Numbered from the stretch's first letter, positions 29,837-39,872 are shown. The stretch: 64,000 bases of DNA from a virus (IMGVR_UViG_3300020183_000042:1-64000); one strand, 5' to 3'. Notes: generated by a model not told the origin, from the letters alone. Numbers and translations: made by a program.

Positions 29837-30836
29837 CGAGTTTATTTATTAATGTATCATTAATTTCTGTTGGTACAAATCTAGTAACGCCGGGTTCATC
29901 AACCACAATTAGTGTAATTTTATCTAGTTGTGATTTTTTATCATGTTTTAATAAATGTATAATTTGTTTACTATCTATATTTTTAATTCTCTGAAGAGCT
30001 GTATACTTATGTACAGTGTCTGTAATTAATTTTGATTTACTAAATAATTGATTTATAATTTCTATACCTAATAACACAGCTTCTCCATGAGGTATTGAAT
30101 AGTTGGATGCTGCTTCAATAGCGTGTCCAAAAGAGTGTCCATAATTCAAGCATTTTCTAATATTTTTTTCAAATTCATCATATTCTACTATGATCTTTTT
30201 AATTGCTAAACCATCACGAATTTGATTCTGTAAAGCAGAGTCTAGCGAATCTAAAAAGTGTTTACCTCCAATAAGAAAAAATTTAACTATTTCTCCCATT
30301 CCACTAAGTATTTCTTGTTTTGGCAAAGATTGAAGAAATTGCGTATCTATAATTACAGATCTTGGTGCAGAAAATAGGGCTAGTTGATTTTTCGTTGATC
30401 CAAAATTAAGGGCGGTTTTACCACCAATACAACTATCACACTGAGATAAAAGTGTAGTTGGAACATATGTCCACTTTATACCTCTTTTATATATACTACC
30501 CACAAAAGCACCTATATCTTGCGTAATACCTCCGCCAATAACATAAAGATGATTGCCCTTATTAAAGTTTTTATCTGCTAACCATCCACAAGCCATTAAT
30601 GCTGTTTCAATAGTTTTATTTTTTTCTGTAGCTTCTATTATCATCATATTTGAGTGTTTGATATCATATAAATCGTATATATTTTGATCTATGATAAGAA
30701 AATCATTAGATGTAAATTCACCACTAAATTTTTCAAAAACCACATGGTAATCATTAGGTATAGATTTGATAATAAAATTATCAGAACTTATATCTTCAAA
30801 CGAGAAATGTATATTATCTACAATAAAATTTTGCAT
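29817..30836 (-). CDS. 3-dehydroquinate synthase / sugar-phosphate cyclase family
   Basis: GGGITQD, PTTLLSQCDSCIGGK, LNYGHSFGHAIE, HGEAV. Confidence 0.85.
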   Translation of the reverse strand: MQNFIVDNIHFSFEDISSDNFIIKSIPNDYHVVFEKFSGEFTSNDFLIIDQNIYDLYDIKHSNMMIIEATEKNKTIETALMACGWLADKNFNKGNHLYVIGGGITQDIGAFVGSIYKRGIKWTYVPTTLLSQCDSCIGGKTALNFGSTKNQLALFSAPRSVIIDTQFLQSLPKQEILSGMGEIVKFFLIGGKHFLDSLDSALQNQIRDGLAIKKIIVEYDEFEKNIRKCLNYGHSFGHAIEAASNYSIPHGEAVLLGIEIINQLFSKSKLITDTVHKYTALQRIKNIDSKQIIHLLKHDKKSQLDKITLIVVDEPGVTRFVPTEINDTLINKLDAILTN

Positions 30837-30837
30837 A

Positions 30838-31464
30838 TTAAATTCCTAGTAAACTATATCCTCCATCAATAATAATATTTTGACCAGTCATATTTCTGTT
30901 ATTAAGTAAAAAAGTACATAAGTCAGCTATGTCTGATGGTTGGGTCATACCTAGTGGTATGTTGTCTTGTAGATATTGTATTCTATCTTTAGAATTATTT
31001 TTTTCTGTTAATGGAGTTAATACAAACCCAGGAGAAATCATATTCACTTTAATATTATCAGAAGCCATCTCTATGGCTAATGTTTTAATCGCACCATACA
31101 TTCCATGTTTTGATACAGTATAGGCCAATCTTCCTGCTCTAGTTTCTGTCGCATACAATGATCCTATCGCTATAATATTAGCTCCATTATTAAATTTGAT
31201 TTGTTTACACAATTCTATAAAAGATAATGTATTAACTTTTATTGTATCAATTAAATTTTGCTTTGTTAATTCTTTATAGCTGCAAGGCTTATTTATTCCA
31301 GCACAATAAATCAGTGCATCAATATTAGAAAATTCTGTAATAAATTCAGTTGATAAATCAAAACTATCACGAGATACACAGAAAATATTATGGTTAGATT
31401 TAGCACAATATTGCTTAATAGTTGAACCAATACCACCTGTTGAACCAGTTAAAATAATATTCAT
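30838..31464 (-). CDS. SDR-family oxidoreductase
   Basis: TGSTGGIG, CAG, YTVSK, NMISPG, TGQNIIIDGG. Confidence 0.9.
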   Translation of the reverse strand: MNIILTGSTGGIGSTIKQYCAKSNHNIFCVSRDSFDLSTEFITEFSNIDALIYCAGINKPCSYKELTKQNLIDTIKVNTLSFIELCKQIKFNNGANIIAIGSLYATETRAGRLAYTVSKHGMYGAIKTLAIEMASDNIKVNMISPGFVLTPLTEKNNSKDRIQYLQDNIPLGMTQPSDIADLCTFLLNNRNMTGQNIIIDGGYSLLGI

Positions 31465-32636
31465 TAAAACGAATCCGATATATACATGTCAGTTAATAAT
31501 CCTGGAATTATTTTGCCACTATTATCAACTCCTTTGTGTGTTACCTTTGGTTCATGTCTTTCTTTGGGGTGTGTGAAAACCTCAACAAAACATGGTTTAT
31601 TATAGTTTTTAGCCTCTTTTAGACAAGTATCAATTTCATAGTTTGATCTAATAGATAAATATTTTATATCAAATGCATTACATACAGATTGAAAATTTGG
31701 TGTTGTTACACCATTTTGTGGCCCACTAGCAAATTCTAAACCTTGAAAGAAAGATTCCTGGCTCAGTTTAATTGATAAATATCCATCGTTATTAACTAAT
31801 AATATTGTAATTGGTAAGTTATAGTGTTTGAGAGTTTGTAATTCTTGTAAATTCATCATTATACTTCCGTCGCCCTCAATACAAATAGTCGGGCTTTTAT
31901 TATTTGCTATACAAGCGCCTATACTAGCAGGCAACCCATAACCCATGCTCGCACAACCTACATTAGTAAAAAGTCTTTGTCCAGAATGGAGTTGGTAGGT
32001 TTGTAGTGTAATGACATGCGCACTACCATTGCTCGTGACTATTGTTTCTTTTTCCCAGATGTTTTTTGCACGATTTATTAGTTCATAAAAACTAGCATAG
32101 CCTTGAATATTTTTATGTTTAGGATAGACATATTGTTGTTTAAATCTAATATTTTTGATATATTCTAACCAATTATTTTTAGTAATTAAGTTGGGATATT
32201 CTTCAATTTCTGTGAAAAAAACGCGAAGATCTGTTATTATTTTGAGATGTATTGGAAATGGATGTTTTGATGCTTCATTATCATCGATATCGATAATTAT
32301 TTTTTTAGAATTTGGAGAAAACTCTTTGGTGTTATAGCCTGTCATTTTAACTGGCAGTCTGGTCCCCAAACAAATTAAAAGATCGGCTTCTTGAACGATC
32401 TGATTAGATGTCAATTGACCTAGGATTCCTATTCTTCCCATGTAATTCATATATGTATTATCAATACAATCTAGCCCAGAATGTGGACCAGTAACAACTG
32501 GTAATTGGTATTTTTGTAAAAAATCTAATAATTTTTTACAAGTATTAGATAGACATATTCCGTTACCAACTATAACCAGTGGTCTTTCAGACTGTTCAAT
32601 CATTTTAAATAGATTATCTAATAGATTTTTCATCAA
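31464..32636 (-). CDS. ThDP-dependent enzyme (acetolactate synthase/YerE-like), central and C-terminal domains
   Basis: RPLVIVGNG, SMGYGLPASIGA, GDGS...NN ThDP motif. Confidence 0.85.
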   Translation of the reverse strand: MMKNLLDNLFKMIEQSERPLVIVGNGICLSNTCKKLLDFLQKYQLPVVTGPHSGLDCIDNTYMNYMGRIGILGQLTSNQIVQEADLLICLGTRLPVKMTGYNTKEFSPNSKKIIIDIDDNEASKHPFPIHLKIITDLRVFFTEIEEYPNLITKNNWLEYIKNIRFKQQYVYPKHKNIQGYASFYELINRAKNIWEKETIVTSNGSAHVITLQTYQLHSGQRLFTNVGCASMGYGLPASIGACIANNKSPTICIEGDGSIMMNLQELQTLKHYNLPITILLVNNDGYLSIKLSQESFFQGLEFASGPQNGVTTPNFQSVCNAFDIKYLSIRSNYEIDTCLKEAKNYNKPCFVEVFTHPKERHEPKVTHKGVDNSGKIIPGLLTDMYISDSF

Positions 32637-33159
32637 CCATAGCTCCTTGAATATCTAATGGAATATCTATCCAAACTGGACCTGGGCGACCACTAAGACA
32701 AATTTCATATGCTTTATTTAGTTCATAAACTATATCTTCAGCATTTTTTATCATTACTGCATATTTAGTAATATTAGAAACTAATTTAACAATATCAAAT
32801 TCTTGATCGCCAATTTGTCTACACCCAGTTCCTTGTGATAATTGTGATCTTGGAACTTGTCCTGATATAAAAAATCCAGGTATACTATCGAGCCACATGC
32901 CAAGTACGCCAGTAATAGTATTTGTGCCGCCTGGACCAGTAGTAACAATATTTCCACACAGTCTATTAGATTGTCTGTAATAACCCTCCGCAGCCATAGC
33001 CAACGCTTGTTCATGATGAAAACAATATGTTGATAGACTATGATCTGCTTTACGCAAACTATCTATTAAATGTATACATCCACCACCCGAGATTGTGAAT
33101 ACATCACATATTTTTTTAGCAATTAAAAAATCAATAACAAGATCAGAAATTTTTTTCAT
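32614..33159 (-). CDS. ThDP-dependent enzyme, N-terminal PYR domain
   Basis: HHEQALAMAAEGY, TTGPGGTN, GRPGPVWIDIPLDIQ. Confidence 0.85.
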   Translation of the reverse strand: MKKISDLVIDFLIAKKICDVFTISGGGCIHLIDSLRKADHSLSTYCFHHEQALAMAAEGYYRQSNRLCGNIVTTGPGGTNTITGVLGMWLDSIPGFFISGQVPRSQLSQGTGCRQIGDQEFDIVKLVSNITKYAVMIKNAEDIVYELNKAYEICLSGRPGPVWIDIPLDIQGAMVDEKSIR

Positions 33160-34223
33160 GTGATATCATTATATGTTAATGGATCATCTTTTTTTAGATT
33201 GTTTTTAGCCACACAATCTTTTTCTATAAAGTTACGAGAAGATAGTTGTCCTATTTCTTTTTGATATGGTATTGCACTATATAAATGATTTATAGTAATT
33301 TTTTCACCCTCCTTGATATTTTTCTTAAGATACAATCCTCTATATAGAGATTCTAAGTATTCTGTTTCTTTTTGATCTATAGTTCTTCTTTCATCATATG
33401 ATGTTCCACACATGGTCTGAGCGGTATGAAATGCCTTAAACCATTCGTCTATTTGATGTGGTAAAGAGCAATAGGATGATACTTCTTTTTGAATATGATT
33501 TTTAGGATATGGTATATCTATATGTCTTTCCCAAGTGCGAGCGCCCTTAGCGTAGGATATTAGCATAGATGAATGCCAATCATGGTATTCGTGTGTTGAC
33601 AACCCAATCGTAATATTTGGGTACCTATTTCTTAGGTAATCTATTTGATCTAATTCAAGCTCATTATCTTCGCTTGGATATTTAGAAACACAATGATTTA
33701 ATGCTAATGATATCTTTCTATTTAAAAAAAACTTAACACTATCATCTATTTGTTTTTCGTTGGCTCCACCAGTTGATAAAATAATTGGTTTTTTTGTATT
33801 AGCTAACTTATTAAGTAAAACCCAATCATTAAGATCCGAACTAGCAACCTTAATAATAGGTATATCAAATTTTACACACAAATCAACTGATGGTTCATCA
33901 AAAGCTGTTGCCATAGGTATACAGCCATTCTCTTTTATATAATTAACTAATTCCTCAAATTCTTCTTTAGATAATTTTGTATAGCTGGTCTTTTCTATAT
34001 ATCTTAGCCTTTTTGGTAAACTATTAAGATCTTTTTCTTGTTTAGCTTTAAAGTCTTTGTGAATAAAACTATCTACATCTCGAAATTGAAGTTTAATTGA
34101 TGCTTTAATATTATTATCTTTAACTACTCTAGAGAATTCTCTAATGATTTTTTTACCTCTAGATACTGAACCCCAGTGGTTATTAGCTAGTTCTAGAACA
34201 AATAGATTATCAAAAATATTCAT
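33156..34223 (-). CDS. NeuB/N-acetylneuraminate synthase-family protein
   Basis: ELANNHWG, KLQ, KVASSD, LSTG, HCVSKYP, GLSTHE, ERH, C-terminal SAF-like domain; start trimmed to MNIFDN. Confidence 0.85.
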   Translation of the reverse strand: MNIFDNLFVLELANNHWGSVSRGKKIIREFSRVVKDNNIKASIKLQFRDVDSFIHKDFKAKQEKDLNSLPKRLRYIEKTSYTKLSKEEFEELVNYIKENGCIPMATAFDEPSVDLCVKFDIPIIKVASSDLNDWVLLNKLANTKKPIILSTGGANEKQIDDSVKFFLNRKISLALNHCVSKYPSEDNELELDQIDYLRNRYPNITIGLSTHEYHDWHSSMLISYAKGARTWERHIDIPYPKNHIQKEVSSYCSLPHQIDEWFKAFHTAQTMCGTSYDERRTIDQKETEYLESLYRGLYLKKNIKEGEKITINHLYSAIPYQKEIGQLSSRNFIEKDCVAKNNLKKDDPLTYNDIT

Positions 34224-34313
34224 ATTATAAAATTTAGTTTCAGAATCATACATTTGACAAAATCTAGAACCTATAAATCCGCTACTTCCGAATACTGAGA
34301 TTTTATTGTTCAT

Positions 34314-34622
34314 TTATAACCAATCCTTAGTATTCATATTTTTATCATCAATAAATAAATCATAATTAGGCTTACCAAACTTTAAACCGTGATATTGAAC
34401 TCCCCATTCTTTGAATTGATTTTTTGTAACTTCTGTCCAATCTAAGCCGGTTGCTGTTCCTCTGGCAGTCCAATAGATTATAGTATGACCATCATCATAT
34501 AATTTATTAGCTTTTATTATATTTTCTATAATAGGAGTACTACTTATATAGTCTGGCTTATTAGGACTATGGCAGATAGTTTCGTCAATATCGATATATA
34601 TGATCATTTTAATTAAATTCAC
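34314..34622 (-). CDS. HAD-superfamily phosphatase (capsule-biosynthesis type)
   Basis: DIDETIC, WTARG, GKP...FIDDK. Confidence 0.85.
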   Translation of the reverse strand: MNLIKMIIYIDIDETICHSPNKPDYISSTPIIENIIKANKLYDDGHTIIYWTARGTATGLDWTEVTKNQFKEWGVQYHGLKFGKPNYDLFIDDKNMNTKDWL

Positions 34623-35358
34623 TAGTTGTATTAGTTATTCTTGGTATATTAAATTGTAGATTTGATTCTGATAAAGGAATATTTTTATCTTTAAAATAAT
34701 TGGCTAATGGTGATTCAAAATCTACATTTATATAATCATGGTCATACCAATAAGATTCTACATGGTCGTAATATTGAGATCTAAGTTCAACATAATCGAT
34801 ATTTCCGTGAAAAAATATGTCTTGTGTAAAATTATCGCTAGAATATTTAGTTTTTGATAATACTAAATTTGGATTTTCAAGTTCTTTAGTATCAAGTTTA
34901 GATAGAAAGTTTATATCTAGTCTGGAACAAAAAAATCTATCATATCTGTCATATTCTTTGGCAACATCAAAAATAGTTTTAAAAGCATATAATATATATT
35001 TTGCTGCAAATCTTGGTGGGGTTTGATGGTGGTTCCATTGAGGATGATTTTCATATTTTGGTACGGCCCATTTATGGGGTATTTCGTCCCAACTTGGGTC
35101 TTTTTCTATTATTATTTTTTTAGGATTGTATGTTGCTTTAATACGATCAAAATCTGGAGTCTTTGATCCTTCGTTTTTTAATGTTTCTGCCATAGGTCTA
35201 TTCCAATCATTCCACCAAGAAGTTGTGCCGGCGTTCACCCTATCCCATGTATGAATAAAAATATCTCCTGGCATAACATTATAAATATTTTGATAAAAAT
35301 TTGCATAACACTTTTTCCACGTTCTACTATGTCCTGAAAAAATATATGCTATTTTCAT
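34609..35358 (-). CDS. putative glycosyltransferase-like protein
   Basis: KIAYIFSGHSR, DIFIHTW, SRLD. Confidence 0.55.
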   Translation of the reverse strand: MKIAYIFSGHSRTWKKCYANFYQNIYNVMPGDIFIHTWDRVNAGTTSWWNDWNRPMAETLKNEGSKTPDFDRIKATYNPKKIIIEKDPSWDEIPHKWAVPKYENHPQWNHHQTPPRFAAKYILYAFKTIFDVAKEYDRYDRFFCSRLDINFLSKLDTKELENPNLVLSKTKYSSDNFTQDIFFHGNIDYVELRSQYYDHVESYWYDHDYINVDFESPLANYFKDKNIPLSESNLQFNIPRITNTTSEFN

Positions 35359-35362
35359 GTAA

Positions 35363-36310
35363 TCACCATATAAACTTATTATTGTAATAAGATATTATAT
35401 CTGATAATTCATCGTCAAAAATCTTAATTGGCTCCCAGCCAAGATTTCTTAATTTAGAATCATCTAAAGCATATCTTACGTCTTGTCCATGTCTATTATA
35501 AGACAAATCTATATAATCTTCTATATCAGAATAACCACTAATGTTTAATATTTTTTTTACTGTTTCTATATTTGATTGCTCAAAACCTCCACATATATTA
35601 TATATTTGGTTTTTTACTCCAGATTGTATCATAGTAATAATTGCTCTAGCAGTATCTTCTGCATGTAACCAATTTCTAATTGGTGTTCCATTATTATGTA
35701 AGGGAATTTTTCGACCAAGTTTAATATATTTACAAGTTTTAGGTATTAATTTTTCTACATATTGACCAATTCCATAATTATTAGTCGGTCTAGCAATAAT
35801 ATACGGGATATTATGAGTTCGGCCCCATGCAAGTATTAACATATCTGCTGCTGCTTTTGTGGCAGCATAAGGATTGGACGGTTTTAAGATGTCGTTCTCT
35901 GTATGATCGCCACTAATAATATCTCCATAAACTTCGTCTGTGCTAATATGTAACAACGTTGGTTTTATAAAATTTTCTTGTCTATAATTTTGTATTAGTT
36001 TTAATAGATTATGAACCCCATCTATATTAGATTTTACAAAATCGTCGCTATTAGCTATTGAATTACCAACATGGGTTTCTGCTGCTGTATTAATTATATA
36101 ATCGCAGTCATATAGAAATTTTAGATCGTTTATATCACACTTAACAAACGAAAAATTTTCAAACGAATTAAACTCTTTTAATAATTCATCATTCGCAGCA
36201 TACGTTATCTTGTCAACTCCTTTTACATACCAGCCTTTATTTAGACATAATCTAGTTATGTGAGAACCTATGAATCCTAAACATCCAGTAATATAAACTA
36301 CTTTTGTCAT
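35363..36310 (-). CDS. rfbB: dTDP-glucose 4,6-dehydratase
   Basis: TGCLGFIGS, DKITYA, AAETHV, ISTDEVYG, YAATK, NNYG...EKLIP. Confidence 0.9.
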   Translation of the reverse strand: MTKVVYITGCLGFIGSHITRLCLNKGWYVKGVDKITYAANDELLKEFNSFENFSFVKCDINDLKFLYDCDYIINTAAETHVGNSIANSDDFVKSNIDGVHNLLKLIQNYRQENFIKPTLLHISTDEVYGDIISGDHTENDILKPSNPYAATKAAADMLILAWGRTHNIPYIIARPTNNYGIGQYVEKLIPKTCKYIKLGRKIPLHNNGTPIRNWLHAEDTARAIITMIQSGVKNQIYNICGGFEQSNIETVKKILNISGYSDIEDYIDLSYNRHGQDVRYALDDSKLRNLGWEPIKIFDDELSDIISYYNNKFIW

Positions 36311-36311
36311 T

Positions 36312-36878
36312 TTATTTTTGATAATGATAAATAAACACGTCTAGATTAGACCAAATATCTTCGATAAGATTTGTAATAAATTTCCAGTCACCACCAGCCA
36401 ATCCACAACCAAATTTTGGAGCATGAATCTGTACTTTATTATCTCTATCAAAATTATTAGCAATAAATTTATTAATACCACTCATACTTTTACATAAAGC
36501 AAAATAGTTTAATGGTCTAGTATTTCTAGTATTAATTACACCATTCTGTGATATCATATTGGCAAAAATTAGTTTATGCCCATAATTTGTATCTTTAGCA
36601 ACTTCAACGAATTGAGTATATCCTAAATTATTGTTTAAAAAATTTTGACCAAGAAGATGATAATTTTCTTTTACCAAAGGATAATGCTTGGAAACAGCAG
36701 CAGCAAATCCAGCCCCAAATAAATCGATATTATTACATACATGAGGAACTATAATGCTACTACCATTATTTCCTTGTCGAATATATGTGTCGACATAATT
36801 AAAAATATCACCATTGATATTAACAATATTTGATTTATTGTATACTACTATAGGAATCATTATTAGATTTCTAACCAT
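36312..36878 (-). CDS. macro-domain (ADP-ribose-processing) protein
   Basis: GDIF, HVCN...FGAGFA, PKFGCGLAGGDW. Confidence 0.8.
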   Translation of the reverse strand: MVRNLIMIPIVVYNKSNIVNINGDIFNYVDTYIRQGNNGSSIIVPHVCNNIDLFGAGFAAAVSKHYPLVKENYHLLGQNFLNNNLGYTQFVEVAKDTNYGHKLIFANMISQNGVINTRNTRPLNYFALCKSMSGINKFIANNFDRDNKVQIHAPKFGCGLAGGDWKFITNLIEDIWSNLDVFIYHYQK

Positions 36879-37108
36879 TTATTAATAGGACATTGTTGAT
36901 CAGACCATGCTAATTTGTTAAGGAATTGTTTTTTATTTGAAATATTACATCCACAAATCCCACACTGACTATTAATTTTATCAAAATCTTCACACGCTAT
37001 ACATATAGCATATCTTTGGTTTATTTGTTCTTGACTACTTTTAGGAAGTCCTCTTTTAATATGCCACAACAAAGATTTAATAAAAGTTTTAAGTTTAAGA
37101 AACCACAT
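36863..37108 (-). CDS. small Cys-rich zinc-binding protein
   Basis: RYAICIAC...CGICGC...CPINKW. Confidence 0.7.
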   Translation of the reverse strand: MWFLKLKTFIKSLLWHIKRGLPKSSQEQINQRYAICIACEDFDKINSQCGICGCNISNKKQFLNKLAWSDQQCPINKWLEI

Positions 37109-37331
37109 TATTTTTTTCTCTTATTTTAATTGGAATAATATTATTATCTTTATCAAGACTGAAGATAGGGTCGGTTTCTATAACAGTTTTAGATTCTAGC
37201 CATTTAGGAGAACCATCATTTAATGAATAACACAGTTTATCTCCGTTGCGTTTAAAATCAATAGTTAAGATATAAAGATTATTTTCATATCTAAAACTAT
37301 CTCCTGGAGATATTTCTTCCAAATATTTCAT
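37095..37331 (-). CDS. hypothetical protein
   Basis: Coupled ORF. Confidence 0.6.
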   Translation of the reverse strand: MKYLEEISPGDSFRYENNLYILTIDFKRNGDKLCYSLNDGSPKWLESKTVIETDPIFSLDKDNNIIPIKIREKNNVVS

Positions 37332-37519
37332 TAGTATTTCCTATAATAATCAATATCATCTAGAATCTCATCCTCGATAATCTCTCTCATTTTATTCTTG
37401 AATGCTTTTTTAGCTTTATTGGCAAACTTTTGATCATCACTTATATGATCTTTATTCTTCTGTTTATTACCAATAGGTTTACGAGATTTTCTTTTATCTC
37501 TATCGAAATCATCGGCCAT
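37331..37519 (-). CDS. hypothetical protein
   Basis: GGAG RBS; coupled ORF. Confidence 0.6.
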   Translation of the reverse strand: MADDFDRDKRKSRKPIGNKQKNKDHISDDQKFANKAKKAFKNKMREIIEDEILDDIDYYRKY

Positions 37520-37575
37520 TTATACCATATCTCCGTTTTCTTTAAAATAGGTGTGAAGACAGTTTCGGTCAAGTT

Positions 37576-38328
37576 TTATCGTTTTTTATTTTTTAGGATC
37601 CAGTCAATAAATCTAGATACTCTAGTATGACCAGACTCATCGCCGTATCCAGAGTTTGTATTTTTATCAGCGGCCATAACACAAGAGTTTATTCCAACTA
37701 ATTCATTATCCCAATACATTGGACCACCGCTATCTCCACTTGCTATGAGAAATTCTAGTTTTGTTCTATTTGGATCATCATTTCTGGAAGGAGAACATAT
37801 TAACATATCCCTAAACACACCATCAACAACATTAGACCCTGCTCTTTTTTTACCATCGCAAGTTCTTTTACTACCAGTAAAAGTTCCAGTAAATCCGTAT
37901 CCCGCTATGGAAACTATTTGACCCACCTCATCATCTCCCTCATAAAGCTTAGGATAAAAATCTAACCCAAATGATTTTTCTGAATAACCTAGCGCTATAT
38001 CCGCTATGCCAAAACTATTTTCACTATAGTTTTCATGAATAATAATTTCTGAAATACAGTATTTTTTACCATTTAATGTGAAGATACAACTACTAGCATT
38101 TGTTGCAACGTGGGCTGCGGTAAGAATGTGATGGTCATCTATAGCAACAGCGGACGCTACAAAAAACTTAGTAATATCATCACCATAATTACCAGATAAC
38201 GCACCAGTGTGAATGAACCGTTTGCCAAATTCTATATATTTTGAATCTGAAACATTAGGATCTATAGTGCCAGCACTTATTTGTGAAACCATTATTAATA
38301 AACAAATCAAAATTATATATCTAAACAT
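37576..38328 (-). CDS. secreted trypsin-like (S1) serine protease
   Basis: Signal peptide; LTAAHV, ADIAL, GDSGGP catalytic triad. Confidence 0.9.
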   Translation of the reverse strand: MFRYIILICLLIMVSQISAGTIDPNVSDSKYIEFGKRFIHTGALSGNYGDDITKFFVASAVAIDDHHILTAAHVATNASSCIFTLNGKKYCISEIIIHENYSENSFGIADIALGYSEKSFGLDFYPKLYEGDDEVGQIVSIAGYGFTGTFTGSKRTCDGKKRAGSNVVDGVFRDMLICSPSRNDDPNRTKLEFLIASGDSGGPMYWDNELVGINSCVMAADKNTNSGYGDESGHTRVSRFIDWILKNKKR

Positions 38329-38346
38329 TTCAACACCTCTTTTTAA

Positions 38347-38658
38347 CTAACGACGAGGTTTATTTTTTACTTTATTTAGGTACACTTTACAGTCACTTAT
38401 TACCTCTTTATTCCAGCTTTTATAGTCCATTAAGTGGCCAAATAAGAAATGACAAGGATCATCACAAAGGGTAATGAGATTGCTAGGGTCTAATTCTCTA
38501 TCTGGATTGCAATGAACCGGCTCTATATGGTGAACCTCTAATTTTTTATTTCTTCCACAAGCCGCACAAACTGGCTGACTACTCAGGTGTTCTTTCCTTA
38601 CGCTGCTCCACTTTGGTGATCTATATGCGTATCTTAAAAATTTTCTAAAATTAAACAT
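38347..38658 (-). CDS. HNH endonuclease
   Basis: CAACG, LEVHHI, NLITLC...CHFLFGH. Confidence 0.85.
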   Translation of the reverse strand: MFNFRKFLRYAYRSPKWSSVRKEHLSSQPVCAACGRNKKLEVHHIEPVHCNPDRELDPSNLITLCDDPCHFLFGHLMDYKSWNKEVISDCKVYLNKVKNKPRR

Positions 38659-38670
38659 TACTTAATACTC

Positions 38671-38898
38671 TCATATTTTTTTTATGTCATCTATAAACTT
38701 CTCCACAGAAATAATGTTCATCCATTCATATCTGTATATTAGAAAATTATGGTAGTTTAATTCAATATCATTGATACGTATTGTTTTTTGAGATCCCTCT
38801 TTGATTATACCACACCCATAATCAGTATCGACAACAAACATAGACAGATCGGTTCTGGTCGATTCATATTCTATAATACTTTCGAGGCTATCAAACAA
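38671..38898 (-). pseudogene. probable C-terminal remnant of a class I SAM methyltransferase-like gene
   Basis: VVDTDYGCGII resembles the C-terminus of phage Methyltransf_24-like proteins; no proper start outside the actin gene. Confidence 0.4.
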
Positions 38899-39872
38899 CC
38901 CTTAGACACCGCATGTAATGGGTCGCTAGCGTGAGCAACCTCTTTAATTGGCAATGGAAAATTGTTTTCTTGTAGTTTTTGACTAAAGATTTCAATATAT
39001 CCTTTTGCTTGAGATGTTCCTCCAGCAACCACAATTTTAAGCGGACTTTTGAATTTGGGCAATGATTTATGATTGGTTAATGCAAAAGCTAGTTGTTTAG
39101 CCGTATAATCTATAAGTCTTTCATAATAAGCAGATACGGCGGATAACACATGATTATCATTGGGTTCACCGATTTTAAAATCGCCCCCCTCCTTCTCTGC
39201 CTGAACAACACTGTCTGGCTCTCCGGTTGCTACGGCGCTCATACGATCAATCCAGTCGCCGCTCTTGGTGGTACTAAAAACCACTGTTGGTTCGCCGTTA
39301 AGCATAACACAAACATTTGTCATACCAGCACCACAACTAATAGCAACCCCGGTATAATCATCACCCTCTAATTCTGCATAACATAATGCTTCTGCCTCAT
39401 TGATTGAGCGAGCATCATAACCACACTCTGCTAATACGGTTTTTACCACATCCTCATGATATCCCACATCAAAATCCTCATCTTCTTGGTCTACTGGTTG
39501 AGCAGGAACGCAGAACACTAACTTTTCTCCCGACTCTGATGCTGTTCCGACTACTTCTTTGAGAATAAAAGCGAGGATACGTTTTGCATCTTTTTCTTTT
39601 GCTGATACAACACCCCTATACATTGGGCGTTTTGCCGCATCGTTTCTTTCGACAGCTTTTTCTATAGCATCTTTACCAAGAATAATAAATGATCCGTCAG
39701 AATCTTTGATAAAAACCTTGCCAGACAAACCTTTCTCGATCATTTTTGTGGCTACTGGTGTGGTTGGTTTGATAATATAAAATGCGTCCCTAAAATCTTT
39801 GTATTGTATATTACCGTTAACTTCTTGTGATAATACAATAAAACTTGTGCCTACATCTAAGCCACGACTCAT
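38871..39872 (-). CDS. actin-fold ATPase (MreB/FtsA/MamK-like)
   Basis: GLDVGTS (phosphate 1), INEAEA (connect 1), GAGMTN (phosphate 2), AGGTS (adenosine), AVSKG. Confidence 0.8.
   Translation of the reverse strand: MSRGLDVGTSFIVLSQEVNGNIQYKDFRDAFYIIKPTTPVATKMIEKGLSGKVFIKDSDGSFIILGKDAIEKAVERNDAAKRPMYRGVVSAKEKDAKRILAFILKEVVGTASESGEKLVFCVPAQPVDQEDEDFDVGYHEDVVKTVLAECGYDARSINEAEALCYAELEGDDYTGVAISCGAGMTNVCVMLNGEPTVVFSTTKSGDWIDRMSAVATGEPDSVVQAEKEGGDFKIGEPNDNHVLSAVSAYYERLIDYTAKQLAFALTNHKSLPKFKSPLKIVVAGGTSQAKGYIEIFSQKLQENNFPLPIKEVAHASDPLHAVSKGCLIASKVL

Noticed and set aside
37544-37572. TTGACC-N17-TATTTT promoter-like site
   Set aside because: Intergenic and plausible, but both hexamers deviate; too weak to call
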